From Thermoproteota archaeon (lineage in GTDB: Archaea > Thermoproteota > Bathyarchaeia > Bathyarchaeales > Bathycorpusculaceae): a stretch of 64,000 nt of DNA. A program made the translations under genes and the position numbers. Location of the stretch: assembly GCA_040268405.1 (NCBI GenBank), contig JAWRIR010000142.1:478-64477 (forward strand), in the 5' to 3' direction. The notes under the pieces are model-generated. The model did no database searches and was not told the DNA's origin. It saw only the letters and a program-made list of their open reading frames with translations. The first letter of the stretch is position 1. Each line of letters opens with the position of its first letter. Shown here in pieces: positions 10,221 through 20,010 of the stretch.

Positions 10221-11417
10221 ATGGGTGCAACAAGAGTTTTAGAAACAAGTTTCCGAATAGCTTGGAAAGACCTTAAAGAACTTTCAAGAAACAAACTAGG
10301 TTTGCTAATGCTGATTCTTATGCCACTTTTAATGATGGCTATGATCGGCTTCATTTATCCAAGCGGCAGCTCAATCGACATGAGCAACCTCAAAGTCCAA
10401 GTTGTCAACTTAGACACTGGATTTATGGACACAACAGTAAGCAACGCTTTCACTTCAGCAGTAAACCAAATCAACTCTGCATCAGTGAACATGGCCTTTT
10501 CCAACGGAACAACACTGGACGCTTTAACAGACAGCATTCAACGCGGAGACGTAGACGCAGGCATAATCATCCCTGAGAACTTTACCTATTGCGTACTTAC
10601 CAACCAGCAAGCAAACATTACAATCATCAGCGACAATTCTAACCCGCAAGTAAGCCAACAAGTCAGCGGAATATTAAGCAGCATAATCAAAACAATGAGC
10701 ACACAAGTCGCACAATCAAAACTGGCTACAACCTTAAACATCACCTCAACTGAAGCAGCTGCATACATGGCACCTTACGAAGTAAGTGCACAAGGTGTAG
10801 TCGGCGGCAGCACAAGCTACTTCGAATTCATTGCACCAGGAATGATGATGATGACTGTAATGATGAGCGTCATGACCGGTTTACCAGGCGCTATTACTCA
10901 TGAAAGAGAAATGGGCACCTTAGACGGCGTAATGGTTGCACCAATCAACAGACTATCAATCATCCTAGGAAAAACAATCGCGCAACTAACAAGAGGGCTC
11001 ATGCAAGGCTTCATAATTATGATATTAGCCGTAGTCCTGTTCGGGGTTACGATACAAGGTAGCATCCTACTCGTAATCGGCTTGCTCTTGCTCGGAGTCT
11101 TTAGCTTCGTAGGTTTAGGCGTAGCCTTAACGTCACTGGCAAAAGACCAAGAAACAGCTTCAATGATACTGATGGCAATCATGTTCCCGATGATGTTCCT
11201 AAGCGGCATATTCTTCCCTGTAAAGATGATGCCTGGATTTATGCAAACAATCAGCAGCTTCCTGCCGTTAACGTATGCTTCCGATGCAATGCGAAAGGTC
11301 ATGGTGCTAGGCGCAGGCGTACCACAGATAGCAACAAACCTTACAGTGCTGGTAGTGTTCGGTGTCGTGATGCTTGCAATCGCTGTTCCACTGTTCCGCA
11401 GAATGATGACACGCTAA
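10221..11417 (+). CDS. ABC-2 type permease
   Basis: TM1, extracellular loop, then EREMGTL..VMVAP and five TM helices. Confidence 0.93.
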   Translation: MGATRVLETSFRIAWKDLKELSRNKLGLLMLILMPLLMMAMIGFIYPSGSSIDMSNLKVQVVNLDTGFMDTTVSNAFTSAVNQINSASVNMAFSNGTTLDALTDSIQRGDVDAGIIIPENFTYCVLTNQQANITIISDNSNPQVSQQVSGILSSIIKTMSTQVAQSKLATTLNITSTEAAAYMAPYEVSAQGVVGGSTSYFEFIAPGMMMMTVMMSVMTGLPGAITHEREMGTLDGVMVAPINRLSIILGKTIAQLTRGLMQGFIIMILAVVLFGVTIQGSILLVIGLLLLGVFSFVGLGVALTSLAKDQETASMILMAIMFPMMFLSGIFFPVKMMPGFMQTISSFLPLTYASDAMRKVMVLGAGVPQIATNLTVLVVFGVVMLAIAVPLFRRMMTR

Positions 11418-11430
11418 AATCGCCAAAAAC

Positions 11431-11460
11431 GGGGCCAACCGCCCCTTAACCTGTTTTTTT
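11431..11460 (+). terminator. Hairpin plus T-tract after the ABC operon
   Basis: GGGGC-CAACC-GCCCC followed by TGTTTTTTT. Confidence 0.5.
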
Positions 11461-11513
11461 AATCTGAATTTTGCCTTCATCAATCATTAATATGTAAAGT
11501 TCAACTAACGGTT

Positions 11514-11801
11514 ATGACTCAAAAAAGCGTTCGCTTAACCATCCTGCTCGCAATCAACATAGCAGTCATCGCCTTAAGTCTAATCTTACTGTTCTATCCA
11601 ACCTCAACAGTCTCAGCCATGAACAACGCAAGCAGTCAAGCCTTCACTTTAGACGAGCAATCCCTACAAAACACCACAACTGCCTCTTGGGTCATAATGC
11701 AAGACGCAATCTTCCAGCCAATACTAAAAATGCTAACAGTAATCGGGGCAGTAACCTTAAGCTTCATTCTGCTCTCTAAAATATTTGCATCCCACTTCTA
11801 A
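11514..11801 (+). CDS. Small two-TM membrane protein
   Basis: Two hydrophobic helices flanking a polar loop; no family recognised. Confidence 0.6.
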   Translation: MTQKSVRLTILLAINIAVIALSLILLFYPTSTVSAMNNASSQAFTLDEQSLQNTTTASWVIMQDAIFQPILKMLTVIGAVTLSFILLSKIFASHF

Positions 11802-11886
11802 AAACTATTTTAAATTTTGGCTTGAAATGCATATATGCTTCTGCAGGCATGTAGTAGGTAAGACGTTTTAGGGTTGCATATTGTTT

Positions 11887-12072
11887 ATGGATTCAAAAGC
11901 CGTCATAATTGCAAGTTGCTGGCTCTCGTTAGCCATTATCGCTTCTGTTTACATGATAATGTTTGCAGACAAACTTGGCGATATCTTCTTTGGAGTATTT
12001 CTTCCTGTCGGCGCCTTAGTTTTTGTAGGCTTAATCGTAACCTTGATGATTGCTCAAAAACAAGCCACCTAA
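11887..12072 (+). CDS. Small two-TM membrane protein
   Basis: MDSKAVIIASCWLSLAII...; hydrophobic hairpin. Confidence 0.6.
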   Translation: MDSKAVIIASCWLSLAIIASVYMIMFADKLGDIFFGVFLPVGALVFVGLIVTLMIAQKQAT

Positions 12073-12078
12073 AATTTA

Positions 12079-12214
12079 CCAACCTATTTGCAGCCTATTA
12101 GGATCCTAATAGCAGTTATATGTTGAAACCTATAGGGGGTAGGTCAAAACCAGCCTTAGCCTGCAATTCACTAAGAGGCGTAGAGGTGCTATTGACGGAA
12201 AAACAAGCCAAAAG
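12079..12214 (+). repeat. Dispersed intergenic element, copy B (long form)
   Basis: Perfect palindrome CTATTAGGATCCTAATAG at 12095-12112; GAAACCTATAGGGGGTAGGT; second module CACTAAGAGGCGTAGAGGTGCTATTGACGGAAAA from 12169. Confidence 0.88.
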
Positions 12215-12225
12215 GGTATTGAGAT

Positions 12226-12453
12226 TTATTGTTGTGCTTTTGCGGCTTCTTTTTGCATGTTAATCAGTTGACTTGCAATGCTTGCCAGCAAGATGATTGT
12301 AAAGGCTAAAACTGCTATTCCAATCTTCAAAGTTATATCAAAGTCAAAATAGAAAAGAGCAAACATTGAAACAACCATTAACCCTAAAACTAATGCTTCT
12401 TGAACAACACCAAGACTTTTTAATGAATTACCAAAACTCAAACCTGTTTTCAC
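12226..12453 (-). CDS. Small two-TM membrane protein
   Basis: GTG start; two hydrophobic helices; basic tail. Confidence 0.6.
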   Translation of the reverse strand: MKTGLSFGNSLKSLGVVQEALVLGLMVVSMFALFYFDFDITLKIGIAVLAFTIILLASIASQLINMQKEAAKAQQ

Positions 12454-12834
12454 CTTTGGTTGTATCTGTTTGATTTGCTAACCGTACTCGAGTATTTAGG
12501 TGTTTAACTTTTTCTGGTAAAGTTTCAGGCGAAAAACTGGCGCTGCAAACGTTCAAAATTTGCTTTCACTTTTTGATGAGATAAACCCTTCAGCATCTGG
12601 ATGGTTTTGGATTTTTGCAGTTACTTTTTGATGCATTAACTTGGTGACAATTTTTAATTGAGTTGGGTGAACTTCTATTTTTTTTAAAATAATGCTTGTG
12701 TTAGCGCAAAATTTTGTGTTAAACTTGGTTATTAATTGTAAATGTAAAATAGGCGCGGTTAGTATAAGCTTTTATACGTACGATGATGACATGTTAAAGT
12801 AAAAAGCGTTGCCAAGTGAGGATAAAGGACTGAA

Positions 12835-15800
12835 TTGCCGTACATTAAAAGAATCGAATTAAAAGGCTTCAAGTCTTTTGGGCCACAAACAGTAAAAGTA
12901 AACCTTGACAAAGGTTTCACAGCAATCACTGGTCCAAACGGCAGCGGCAAAACAAACATCATGGACGCTCTACTATTCTCACTTGGAGAATTATCTACAA
13001 GAAGAATGAGAGCTGACAACGCTTCCAGACTAATTTTTCACGGTTCAGAAAAAGGCGGCTTAGAAAAATCCAAAATGGCCAAAGTCGTCGTCCAATTTGA
13101 CAACGCAGACGGCTTAATGCCAGTAGACACCTCCACAGTGACCATTTCAAGGGAAGTCTACCGTAACGGCCAAAGCGTTTACCGTCTAAACGGCAGAAGA
13201 ATGAGCCGTACCCACATAATTGAAACCCTTTCAATGGCTGCAATCAGCAGCATGAGCCAAAACATCATTCCTCAGGGTCAAATTACACGTTTAACAGAAA
13301 TTAACCCTCTTGATCGTCGAAAAATCATTGAAGAACTCATTGGTATCGGTCAATATGATTCTGAAAAGGCTGAAGCAGAAGAAAAACTGCGCAGCGCCGA
13401 CATCAGCATCCGCACCGCCATGGGCAGAATTGATGAAGTCCAAAAACGCCTCGACGACTTGGAACGTGAACGTAACCAACTCTCGCGGTACACTTTCATT
13501 CAAGAGGAAACCAAAAAGTTCCAAGCTATCAAAATTTCAAACGAAATAACCCAACTTAATGCGAAGCTTGAGGAGTCCGCGGCTAATACCGAAAAAGTGC
13601 AAGCCCGCGTTGATAAACTAAAAGAGCAACGAGAAATGCGCAGAGGTAAACGTCATGAAATTGAGGGTGAATGGCGTAAACTTAGCGGTGAAACTCTTGA
13701 AGAAGGCGGCAGCCAAGTCTTAAAAGTCCAAATCAACATCGGCGAATTAAAATCGCGCTTAACCGAGTTAACAACCCAAATTAGTTCAGGACAAGCAAGC
13801 CTTGAAAGCCTAAAACGTGTCGCCCAAAACAACCAAACCCACCACGACTCAATCCAAAACGAAATCAAAGACAACCGCCTAAAAATCCGCGCCTTTAGAA
13901 CTGAATACGAAAAACTCAAGGCACAAATTGCCGAAAAAGAAGCTACACATGAGACTTTAGCTAAAGAAACTGCTCAGCTTTGGGAAGGTCTTGGCGATAA
14001 CAACCAGAAAGTTCGTGGCGTAGAAATGCAGATTGAAAGCCATACCAAACGCCTCGCCTACCTGCGTTCAGAATACACTAAAGACAAGTCTGCAATGCGA
14101 ACCTGCGCTGGACGCCTCAAGAACCTCACGGTGAGGAAAGAAAAGTTTCTTGTTAACCTTTCTGAACTGGAAAAGTCTCTTGTTGAACTTGAACAAGTGC
14201 AAAGAGACCAAAAAGCTCAGATAAAGAATCTTGAAAACACAATTAACCGTAAAACAAGCCAAAAAGAGCTTGTGCAAAAAGAAATCGCCGACGCCGAACG
14301 CATTGCACGCTCCGCCAAAGACGCAGTAATAGAGTTTGCAACCCAAAAAGACCTTGCCGCAACCATCGCACAAGAAGAAAAAGCTCTGCGCAGCATAGAA
14401 GAAATGGGCGACGTGGGAGCAATCAACGGCATCCACGGCAGACTCCGCAGCCTAATCAAGATTGACAAAAACTACAAGAAAGCCGTCGAAGCAGCATCCA
14501 CCGGTTGGCTTGACGCGTTGGTAGTTAAAGATGTTGACTCAGCTTTCATGTGTGCTGAAACTTTAAAACGCATGAAACTGGGCAGAATCAAAATCATACC
14601 CCTCACAGGAACAACTCCTCAGAAGACCAAGCCTGCCCCAATCCGTGATGGCGTAGTAGGCTCGCTTGCAGGATTTATTAAGTTTGACAAAAAGTTCGAG
14701 TTTGCAGTAGAATACGTCTTCGGAGACACCATAGTTGTTTCCAGCGACAAAACCGGTTTCGCTCTTTCCAACAACGGTTACCGCTCAGTCACTGTTAACG
14801 GTGACTTGTATGAACCGGGAGCGTTTGAAAGCGGCTTCTACCGGGCACCAATTGATTTCTCAACAATCATTCCCAGTGAGAACGCGCTGAAAAGCCTTGA
14901 TGAAGCAGTTAAGGCACTCCAAACTCACTTAACCCAAAGAGGTTCAGACATAACAGGCATCGACGAAGAAATTGAACGCGCCAAAATCGAAATGACCCGG
15001 CTCACAGAATTCATCACCACTTTGGACCGGGAAATCGTGCGAATTAAACGCAGCGCTAAACGTACACAGCTTAACGTTCGCCACACTGAAAAGTACGGCA
15101 ATAAACTGGAACGTGAAATCGCAGCTTACAAAGGCCGCATGAGCATGTACATGTCCGAACGCAACGCAATCAAGAAGTCACTGCAGAAGAATCATATTGA
15201 ACTTTCCGAGTTACGTCAAAAAACCGATCTTAGCCACATTCAAGACCTTGAAGTGCAAAGAGAAAGAATCGGTGAAGAAGCCAACACGCTTCGTCAAAAC
15301 CTTGGGTCGCTGCAAACTGAAATAAACACGCGGCAATCCCAGTTCGATAACGTGCTTCGTGTAGGTTACCAGAACGTCAAAATCCAGTTGTCTAAGGTTG
15401 AGCAGCAGCAGAAGAAGCTTGAAAAAGAAATCGCTGAAGCCTTGCAGCAACGTGAAAACTTGACCAAGGAGCTTGACGATTTAGAGAAAAGCCGTGTTGA
15501 GCTTTCTAACGCTGTGTTTTCTGCTCGTGAAGAATCTAAAAAGTTTACGACTCAAATTGACGCTATCGACACTGAACTGCGCCTTTTGGACGCTGAGTAT
15601 GAGCAGGCTGACATGCTGCTTAACCAGTTAACCCTAACAATTCAAACCAGCAACCTACGTTATCAGAACCTGCAAAGCCAGCTTAAACAGTACGGGTTTG
15701 AACAGGTGCTTGAAACTAACCAGAAACAGGTTGAAGACGCAGACACAACCATCCGCATGATGCAGTTTGAACTTGAACGCATCGGCGCCGTCAACCAACT

Positions 15801-16404
15801 CGCGCTTAGCCACTACGCCGACCAAATCGCACGTTACCGTGAACTATCCGTGCGCTTAAACGAGTTGGAACGTGAAAAACAGGCAATCGTCGCTTTCATG
15901 GATGAAATTGATGCTAAGAAACGTAAAGTCTTCATGAACGCGTTTGATAAAATCAACACCAGCCTCCAAGGCTACTTTGACAAGCTATCCGGGGGCGGAA
16001 CGGCAACGTTGAAACTGGAAAATCCTGATGACCCCTTCACTGGCGGCATAGACATGATTGTCCAATTCCCAAACAAACCCGCAATCGTCGTCAGCGGCGC
16101 TTCCGGTGGCGAACGTTCATGTTCAGCAGTCGCCTTCATCTTCAGCCTTAAAGAGTTCTCGCCAGCTTCATTCTATATCCTTGACGAAGCTGACGCCCAC
16201 TTAGACGCTTTCCACACAACCAAACTTGCCGAACTATTGCTTCAGGAAGCATCCAGAACCCAATTTATCGTTATTAGTTTGCGTCCTGAAATGGTTAACA
16301 AAGCTCAAAAAGTCTACGGTGTCTACGAACGCAACGGCATTAGCAACGTTGTTACCGCCAAGTTCCCTCCGCCTGAACCAACAAAAGGAGAGTTATCCCG
16401 GTAA
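12835..16404 (+). CDS. smc: Chromosome segregation protein SMC
   Basis: GFKSF, GPNGSGKTN Walker A, long coiled coils, hinge (GIHGRL...GRIKIIPL), SGGERS signature, ILDEADAHLD Walker B. Confidence 0.97.
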   Translation: MPYIKRIELKGFKSFGPQTVKVNLDKGFTAITGPNGSGKTNIMDALLFSLGELSTRRMRADNASRLIFHGSEKGGLEKSKMAKVVVQFDNADGLMPVDTSTVTISREVYRNGQSVYRLNGRRMSRTHIIETLSMAAISSMSQNIIPQGQITRLTEINPLDRRKIIEELIGIGQYDSEKAEAEEKLRSADISIRTAMGRIDEVQKRLDDLERERNQLSRYTFIQEETKKFQAIKISNEITQLNAKLEESAANTEKVQARVDKLKEQREMRRGKRHEIEGEWRKLSGETLEEGGSQVLKVQINIGELKSRLTELTTQISSGQASLESLKRVAQNNQTHHDSIQNEIKDNRLKIRAFRTEYEKLKAQIAEKEATHETLAKETAQLWEGLGDNNQKVRGVEMQIESHTKRLAYLRSEYTKDKSAMRTCAGRLKNLTVRKEKFLVNLSELEKSLVELEQVQRDQKAQIKNLENTINRKTSQKELVQKEIADAERIARSAKDAVIEFATQKDLAATIAQEEKALRSIEEMGDVGAINGIHGRLRSLIKIDKNYKKAVEAASTGWLDALVVKDVDSAFMCAETLKRMKLGRIKIIPLTGTTPQKTKPAPIRDGVVGSLAGFIKFDKKFEFAVEYVFGDTIVVSSDKTGFALSNNGYRSVTVNGDLYEPGAFESGFYRAPIDFSTIIPSENALKSLDEAVKALQTHLTQRGSDITGIDEEIERAKIEMTRLTEFITTLDREIVRIKRSAKRTQLNVRHTEKYGNKLEREIAAYKGRMSMYMSERNAIKKSLQKNHIELSELRQKTDLSHIQDLEVQRERIGEEANTLRQNLGSLQTEINTRQSQFDNVLRVGYQNVKIQLSKVEQQQKKLEKEIAEALQQRENLTKELDDLEKSRVELSNAVFSAREESKKFTTQIDAIDTELRLLDAEYEQADMLLNQLTLTIQTSNLRYQNLQSQLKQYGFEQVLETNQKQVEDADTTIRMMQFELERIGAVNQLALSHYADQIARYRELSVRLNELEREKQAIVAFMDEIDAKKRKVFMNAFDKINTSLQGYFDKLSGGGTATLKLENPDDPFTGGIDMIVQFPNKPAIVVSGASGGERSCSAVAFIFSLKEFSPASFYILDEADAHLDAFHTTKLAELLLQEASRTQFIVISLRPEMVNKAQKVYGVYERNGISNVVTAKFPPPEPTKGELSR

Positions 16405-17135
16405 TGTCGTCCACTACACCGCCAGTTGCACCGCCGACACGTAAACCCTTCTATCTGCGTCCACCATGGAACATCCTTTTTGAATTATCTAAAATAGAAA
16501 AACTTGGAACACCCTGGAACGTCAACATCGCTTACCTCCTGCGCACTTTCCTAACTGAAATGAATCACACAGGTCAAGTTGACTTCCGCGCTTCAGGAGT
16601 CGCCCTTGATTCATCCGCTTTGATTTACCTTATGAAGTCCAAGCTGCTGTTGACGTTGCAGGAGCCGCCTCCACCATCAGCACCACGCCTTCCACCAGAC
16701 TTTGTTCCGCCTCCACTGTTCCTGCCGCTACGTCACGAGTTAACTTCAACCACTATTCAGCATCTACTTGAAGTCTTAGACGAAGTTCTAAAAGGCGAAA
16801 AACTCTCGCGCCTCGACCGAATGGTAGCTCAAACTCCGGTTCTGCCTGCAGTTTCAGACTTGCTTCCACAATTCGACCGCTTCATTGCCGAATTGGAAAG
16901 TCAAGTGGACCAGCTTTACGCTTTACTTGTTGAAAAGGTGCATGGTCAAGGCATAATTGATTTTTCAACGCTCTCTAAAGGGGCAACTCGTATAGAAGCC
17001 TTAAGAATGTTCATTTACCTACTATTCCTTGCGCAAGACGGTTTAGTTAGCTTGTGGCAGAATGAAGAAACAGAAGAATTATACATTGCAGTGGGGAACC
17101 TAAAAGTTGGAAAAGCCGGACCACCAATCAAGTGA
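16404..17135 (+). CDS. scpA: Segregation/condensation protein A (kleisin)
   Basis: PWNVNI...DFRASGVAL...KSKLL; C-terminal wHTH FIYLLFLAQDGLVSLWQ; TAATG overlap with smc. Confidence 0.85.
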   Translation: MSSTTPPVAPPTRKPFYLRPPWNILFELSKIEKLGTPWNVNIAYLLRTFLTEMNHTGQVDFRASGVALDSSALIYLMKSKLLLTLQEPPPPSAPRLPPDFVPPPLFLPLRHELTSTTIQHLLEVLDEVLKGEKLSRLDRMVAQTPVLPAVSDLLPQFDRFIAELESQVDQLYALLVEKVHGQGIIDFSTLSKGATRIEALRMFIYLLFLAQDGLVSLWQNEETEELYIAVGNLKVGKAGPPIK

Positions 17136-17874
17136 CATTCAAACAGAGGCTGTTGAGCAACAGGTAGAGGTTCAACCGACCGCGCCAACGCAAACAGCAC
17201 CCATTGACCAGCCAGCACCAACCGTGCAGCTTGAACAGCCAGTTGAACAGACCGCGACTGAGCAGCCCAAACAAGCCTCCACCGCAGAACAGGATGACGT
17301 TGACGATTCAAAAGGGTTAACCGAAGCCCAAGCAGCAGAAAAACTAAGACGCAACTTAGCGTTAATCGAGGCAGCCCTATACGTTGCAGGACGTCCCTTA
17401 GACCTAAACGAACTCTGCCAAGCAGCAAACAGCCGTTCAAAAAAGAAAGTCAAAAAATACACTGAACTGGTCATGCAAGAATACGCCGCAAGAAACTCGC
17501 CCATGGAAATCTTGGCTTTGAAAGATGAACGTTACGTTTTGCAGGTTAAAGCCGAATTTACTCCACTTGTTAAAAAATTGGTAAATCGTCCACTGTTATC
17601 TTCTGGTCCGCTTAAGACGCTTTCCTACATCGCGTTTAGGCAGCCCATCACCCAGAAACGTGTGGTTGAAGTCCGAGGCCAACACGCATATGGACACGTG
17701 AAACAGCTTAAAGAAATGGGTTTAATCACTTCAGAACGCGTAGGACGCAGCATGGCACTCAAAACCACCGACTACTTCGCTGACTACTTCGGCTTAACAC
17801 AAGACACAACATCAATGAAACGAGAATTAAGACGCATTTTCGGCGACGCATTAAAAGATGACGGACAACCCTAA
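17107..17874 (+). CDS. scpB: Segregation/condensation protein B with acidic Gln/Pro-rich N-terminal extension
   Basis: LIEAALYVAGRPL, LKTLSYIAFRQPITQKRVVEVRG, TTDYFADYFGL. Confidence 0.92.
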   Translation: MEKPDHQSSDIQTEAVEQQVEVQPTAPTQTAPIDQPAPTVQLEQPVEQTATEQPKQASTAEQDDVDDSKGLTEAQAAEKLRRNLALIEAALYVAGRPLDLNELCQAANSRSKKKVKKYTELVMQEYAARNSPMEILALKDERYVLQVKAEFTPLVKKLVNRPLLSSGPLKTLSYIAFRQPITQKRVVEVRGQHAYGHVKQLKEMGLITSERVGRSMALKTTDYFADYFGLTQDTTSMKRELRRIFGDALKDDGQP

Positions 17875-17888
17875 ACTGTACTTGATTG

Positions 17889-18752
17889 TTAGGTTGCGGG
17901 TTTAGGTTTCTGTCTTTTTCGATATGTAAATACGGACACAGAACTGACAATTGTTATTGCCACAATCACAACTATTGTGATTATCAAAGCGATTATTTGC
18001 CAGTCAAAACCAAACAATTGACCTGTCGGCGATATTGATTGAGTTGGGGTTGGTTCAGAGTTTTGTGTTTGTGATGGCTTAACCGTTGCTGCTGGCGATG
18101 ATGTTGTTGAATTGCTGTCGAGATTAAATGTTTTGGTGTTACTCCAATCACTCTCGGAGCCAGTAAAATTGTAGTAATAGGTTGCTCCAAGGGGTATCAT
18201 GTCTCCGGCATAAACCTGATTAGAGTATCCAAAAAGTGCTTTTACTTGAAAGTCAACTTGACCGCCTTGAGAACCCTCAGAAGGCATAGCAATAAAAAAG
18301 TTGTAACCTGTAGACTCTTCATTCCAACTTAGTCCGCCTACAACTACTGTATCAGTTGAACCCCAAGCGTGAACATAATCTCGTGTATTCTCAAGAGTAG
18401 CGGCTACGCCAGCATAATAATTCCAAGAATCTTCAAAGTGTCCTTTCCAACGAATATTATACAATAACGCGATATTGTTACCAGCCAAATTATTATAGGC
18501 GCTGAAGGGTTGGTTATTTATTACAACCTCTATAGACCTATTCTCTATGTGATAACCTTCTTGTGTAGTTACACTCTTTCCTGTGTATGGGTCTATCGTA
18601 GTCACAGGTGGTACATCATATGGATGATGAGCAAGTCTCAAAGTAAACTCTGGAACGGAAGGCTTGGTTATTTCTGAATTAACGGGTTTAATAATTGTGA
18701 GACTTGACAGAATTAATATGGTGACAAGCGTTAAGGTAACATACTTGCGCAT
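17889..18752 (-). CDS. Cell-surface protein with signal peptide and C-terminal TM anchor
   Basis: KPSVPEFTL..PYDVPP..IDPYTG motif; Thr/Ser linker; TM plus YRKRQKPKPAT tail. Confidence 0.8.
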   Translation of the reverse strand: MRKYVTLTLVTILILSSLTIIKPVNSEITKPSVPEFTLRLAHHPYDVPPVTTIDPYTGKSVTTQEGYHIENRSIEVVINNQPFSAYNNLAGNNIALLYNIRWKGHFEDSWNYYAGVAATLENTRDYVHAWGSTDTVVVGGLSWNEESTGYNFFIAMPSEGSQGGQVDFQVKALFGYSNQVYAGDMIPLGATYYYNFTGSESDWSNTKTFNLDSNSTTSSPAATVKPSQTQNSEPTPTQSISPTGQLFGFDWQIIALIITIVVIVAITIVSSVSVFTYRKRQKPKPAT

Positions 18753-18886
18753 ACCTTAATCTTAAAAACGCTCGCAGATAAAAAAATACCTGCAAAGTGC
18801 TGCAATCTTACTGTTAATAGACAACTTGCTTGTTAAACAAGATGTTTTAAAAAGCCTTCTAAATTAATACCCACGATAATTTGCTG

Positions 18887-19498
18887 TTAGGCTGCGGGTT
18901 TCTGTCTTCTTCTGTATGCGTATACGAATGCAGAGCTGACAAGTGTTATTGCCGCAACTGACACAATTATTGGGAGATAGCCCTGCGTTTCTGAGGTATC
19001 ATGTGGCGATTCGTGTTGGCTGTTTATTTCGATATAGGCGTTGGCAATAGTTTCAGTATGGATATTGTAATTTTGACTGGGCGGGTAACCTGGCTCACTA
19101 TAATCAAATACAACTTTCACAGTCAAATTATGCCGCCCTTCAGCGAGGTTATGTAACTGAATAAATCCTTCAAACCAAACATCACTTCCCGGCTGTTCAC
19201 CTATAATCGAATGCGTTATTCTAACCCGTTGAAATTCTCCCTCGTCTAAAGCATATTGGAATTGCCTCGAAGTCTCAAGTGTAGGACCACCATGATAATG
19301 AGTTTTGTAAGTCTCAAACCCAACATCTATGGAAATATTATTCGAACTGTAAGTCGTGTTAACCGGTGATAAAAAGCAGATTTCTGGATTTGCAGGCGCA
19401 GCAACAAAATTTGCCCCAACCCTCGACATAAACATTAGCGACGACAGCGCCAACAAAAGCAGAAACGAAAATGCAACCGCAAACACTTTACTCTGCAT
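18887..19498 (-). CDS. Cell-surface Ig-like protein with C-terminal TM anchor
   Basis: Signal peptide; CFLSPVNTTY...LAEGRHNLTVKV; TM plus YRRRQKPAA tail. Confidence 0.78.
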   Translation of the reverse strand: MQSKVFAVAFSFLLLLALSSLMFMSRVGANFVAAPANPEICFLSPVNTTYSSNNISIDVGFETYKTHYHGGPTLETSRQFQYALDEGEFQRVRITHSIIGEQPGSDVWFEGFIQLHNLAEGRHNLTVKVVFDYSEPGYPPSQNYNIHTETIANAYIEINSQHESPHDTSETQGYLPIIVSVAAITLVSSAFVYAYRRRQKPAA

Positions 19499-19608
19499 AA
19501 TCCCTAACACACTTACAATTCACTCGGACACCTACTTAACCTAAAAGCATTTTCGTCAAGAAACTTTGACTACCAGTAAAACTGCCTTTCAATGCTTTAT
19601 TTTTTAAA

Positions 19609-19680
19609 CCAACCTATTAGGATCCTAATAGAAACTATATGCAGAAACCTATAGGGGGTAGGTGCTAATGGCTGAAAAAC
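19609..19680 (+). repeat. Dispersed intergenic element, copy C
   Basis: CCAACCTATTAGGATCCTAATAGAAACTATATGCAGAAACCTATAGGGGGTAGGT then GCTAATGGCTGAAAA. Confidence 0.9.
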
Positions 19681-19830
19681 GTTTCATTAGCATGTTGAAA
19701 TTCAGTGCTTTTAACCCTTGGAAACCAGTCTGCCCTGAACTGTCGTAAAGTAATCAACAGCCAACAAAACTCGCACCCAAACCCATCTGCTTGCAGAATC
19801 TGCCACAACCAGCCACACAGCACAGAATAG
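19668..19830 (+). pseudogene. Possible frameshifted small Cys4 zinc-ribbon ORF downstream of element C
   Basis: MAEKRFISMLKFSAFNPWKPVCP then, after removing one base near 19738, (D/E)CRKVINSQQNSHPNPSACRICHNQPHSTE*. Confidence 0.3.
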
Positions 19831-20010
19831 CACGAAACCAAAAAAGCAAGTTTCCTCTCAACCTGTTGGTTGTTGTTGTGCATAGCAAATTTTCGGCAAC
19901 AACTTCATACAAAAAACAAACCCAAACACAAAACTGCAGTCTTTAAACGGATACGTTTATATGGAAATTAACAGTTTTACTGGTACGCGAATCTTAAAGG
20001 AATGTAGAAT

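Noticed and set aside
12123-12144. Replication origin (ORB) call for GAAACCTATAGGGGG
   Set aside because: Lacks the TCCA half of ORB, no cdc6 is adjacent, and there is no clustered inverted ORB pair; kept only as an alternative hypothesis.
19672-19686. TGAAAAACGTTTCA as another COG2512 box
   Set aside because: Half-site spacing differs, and it lies inside the ORF start following element C, far from either regulator.
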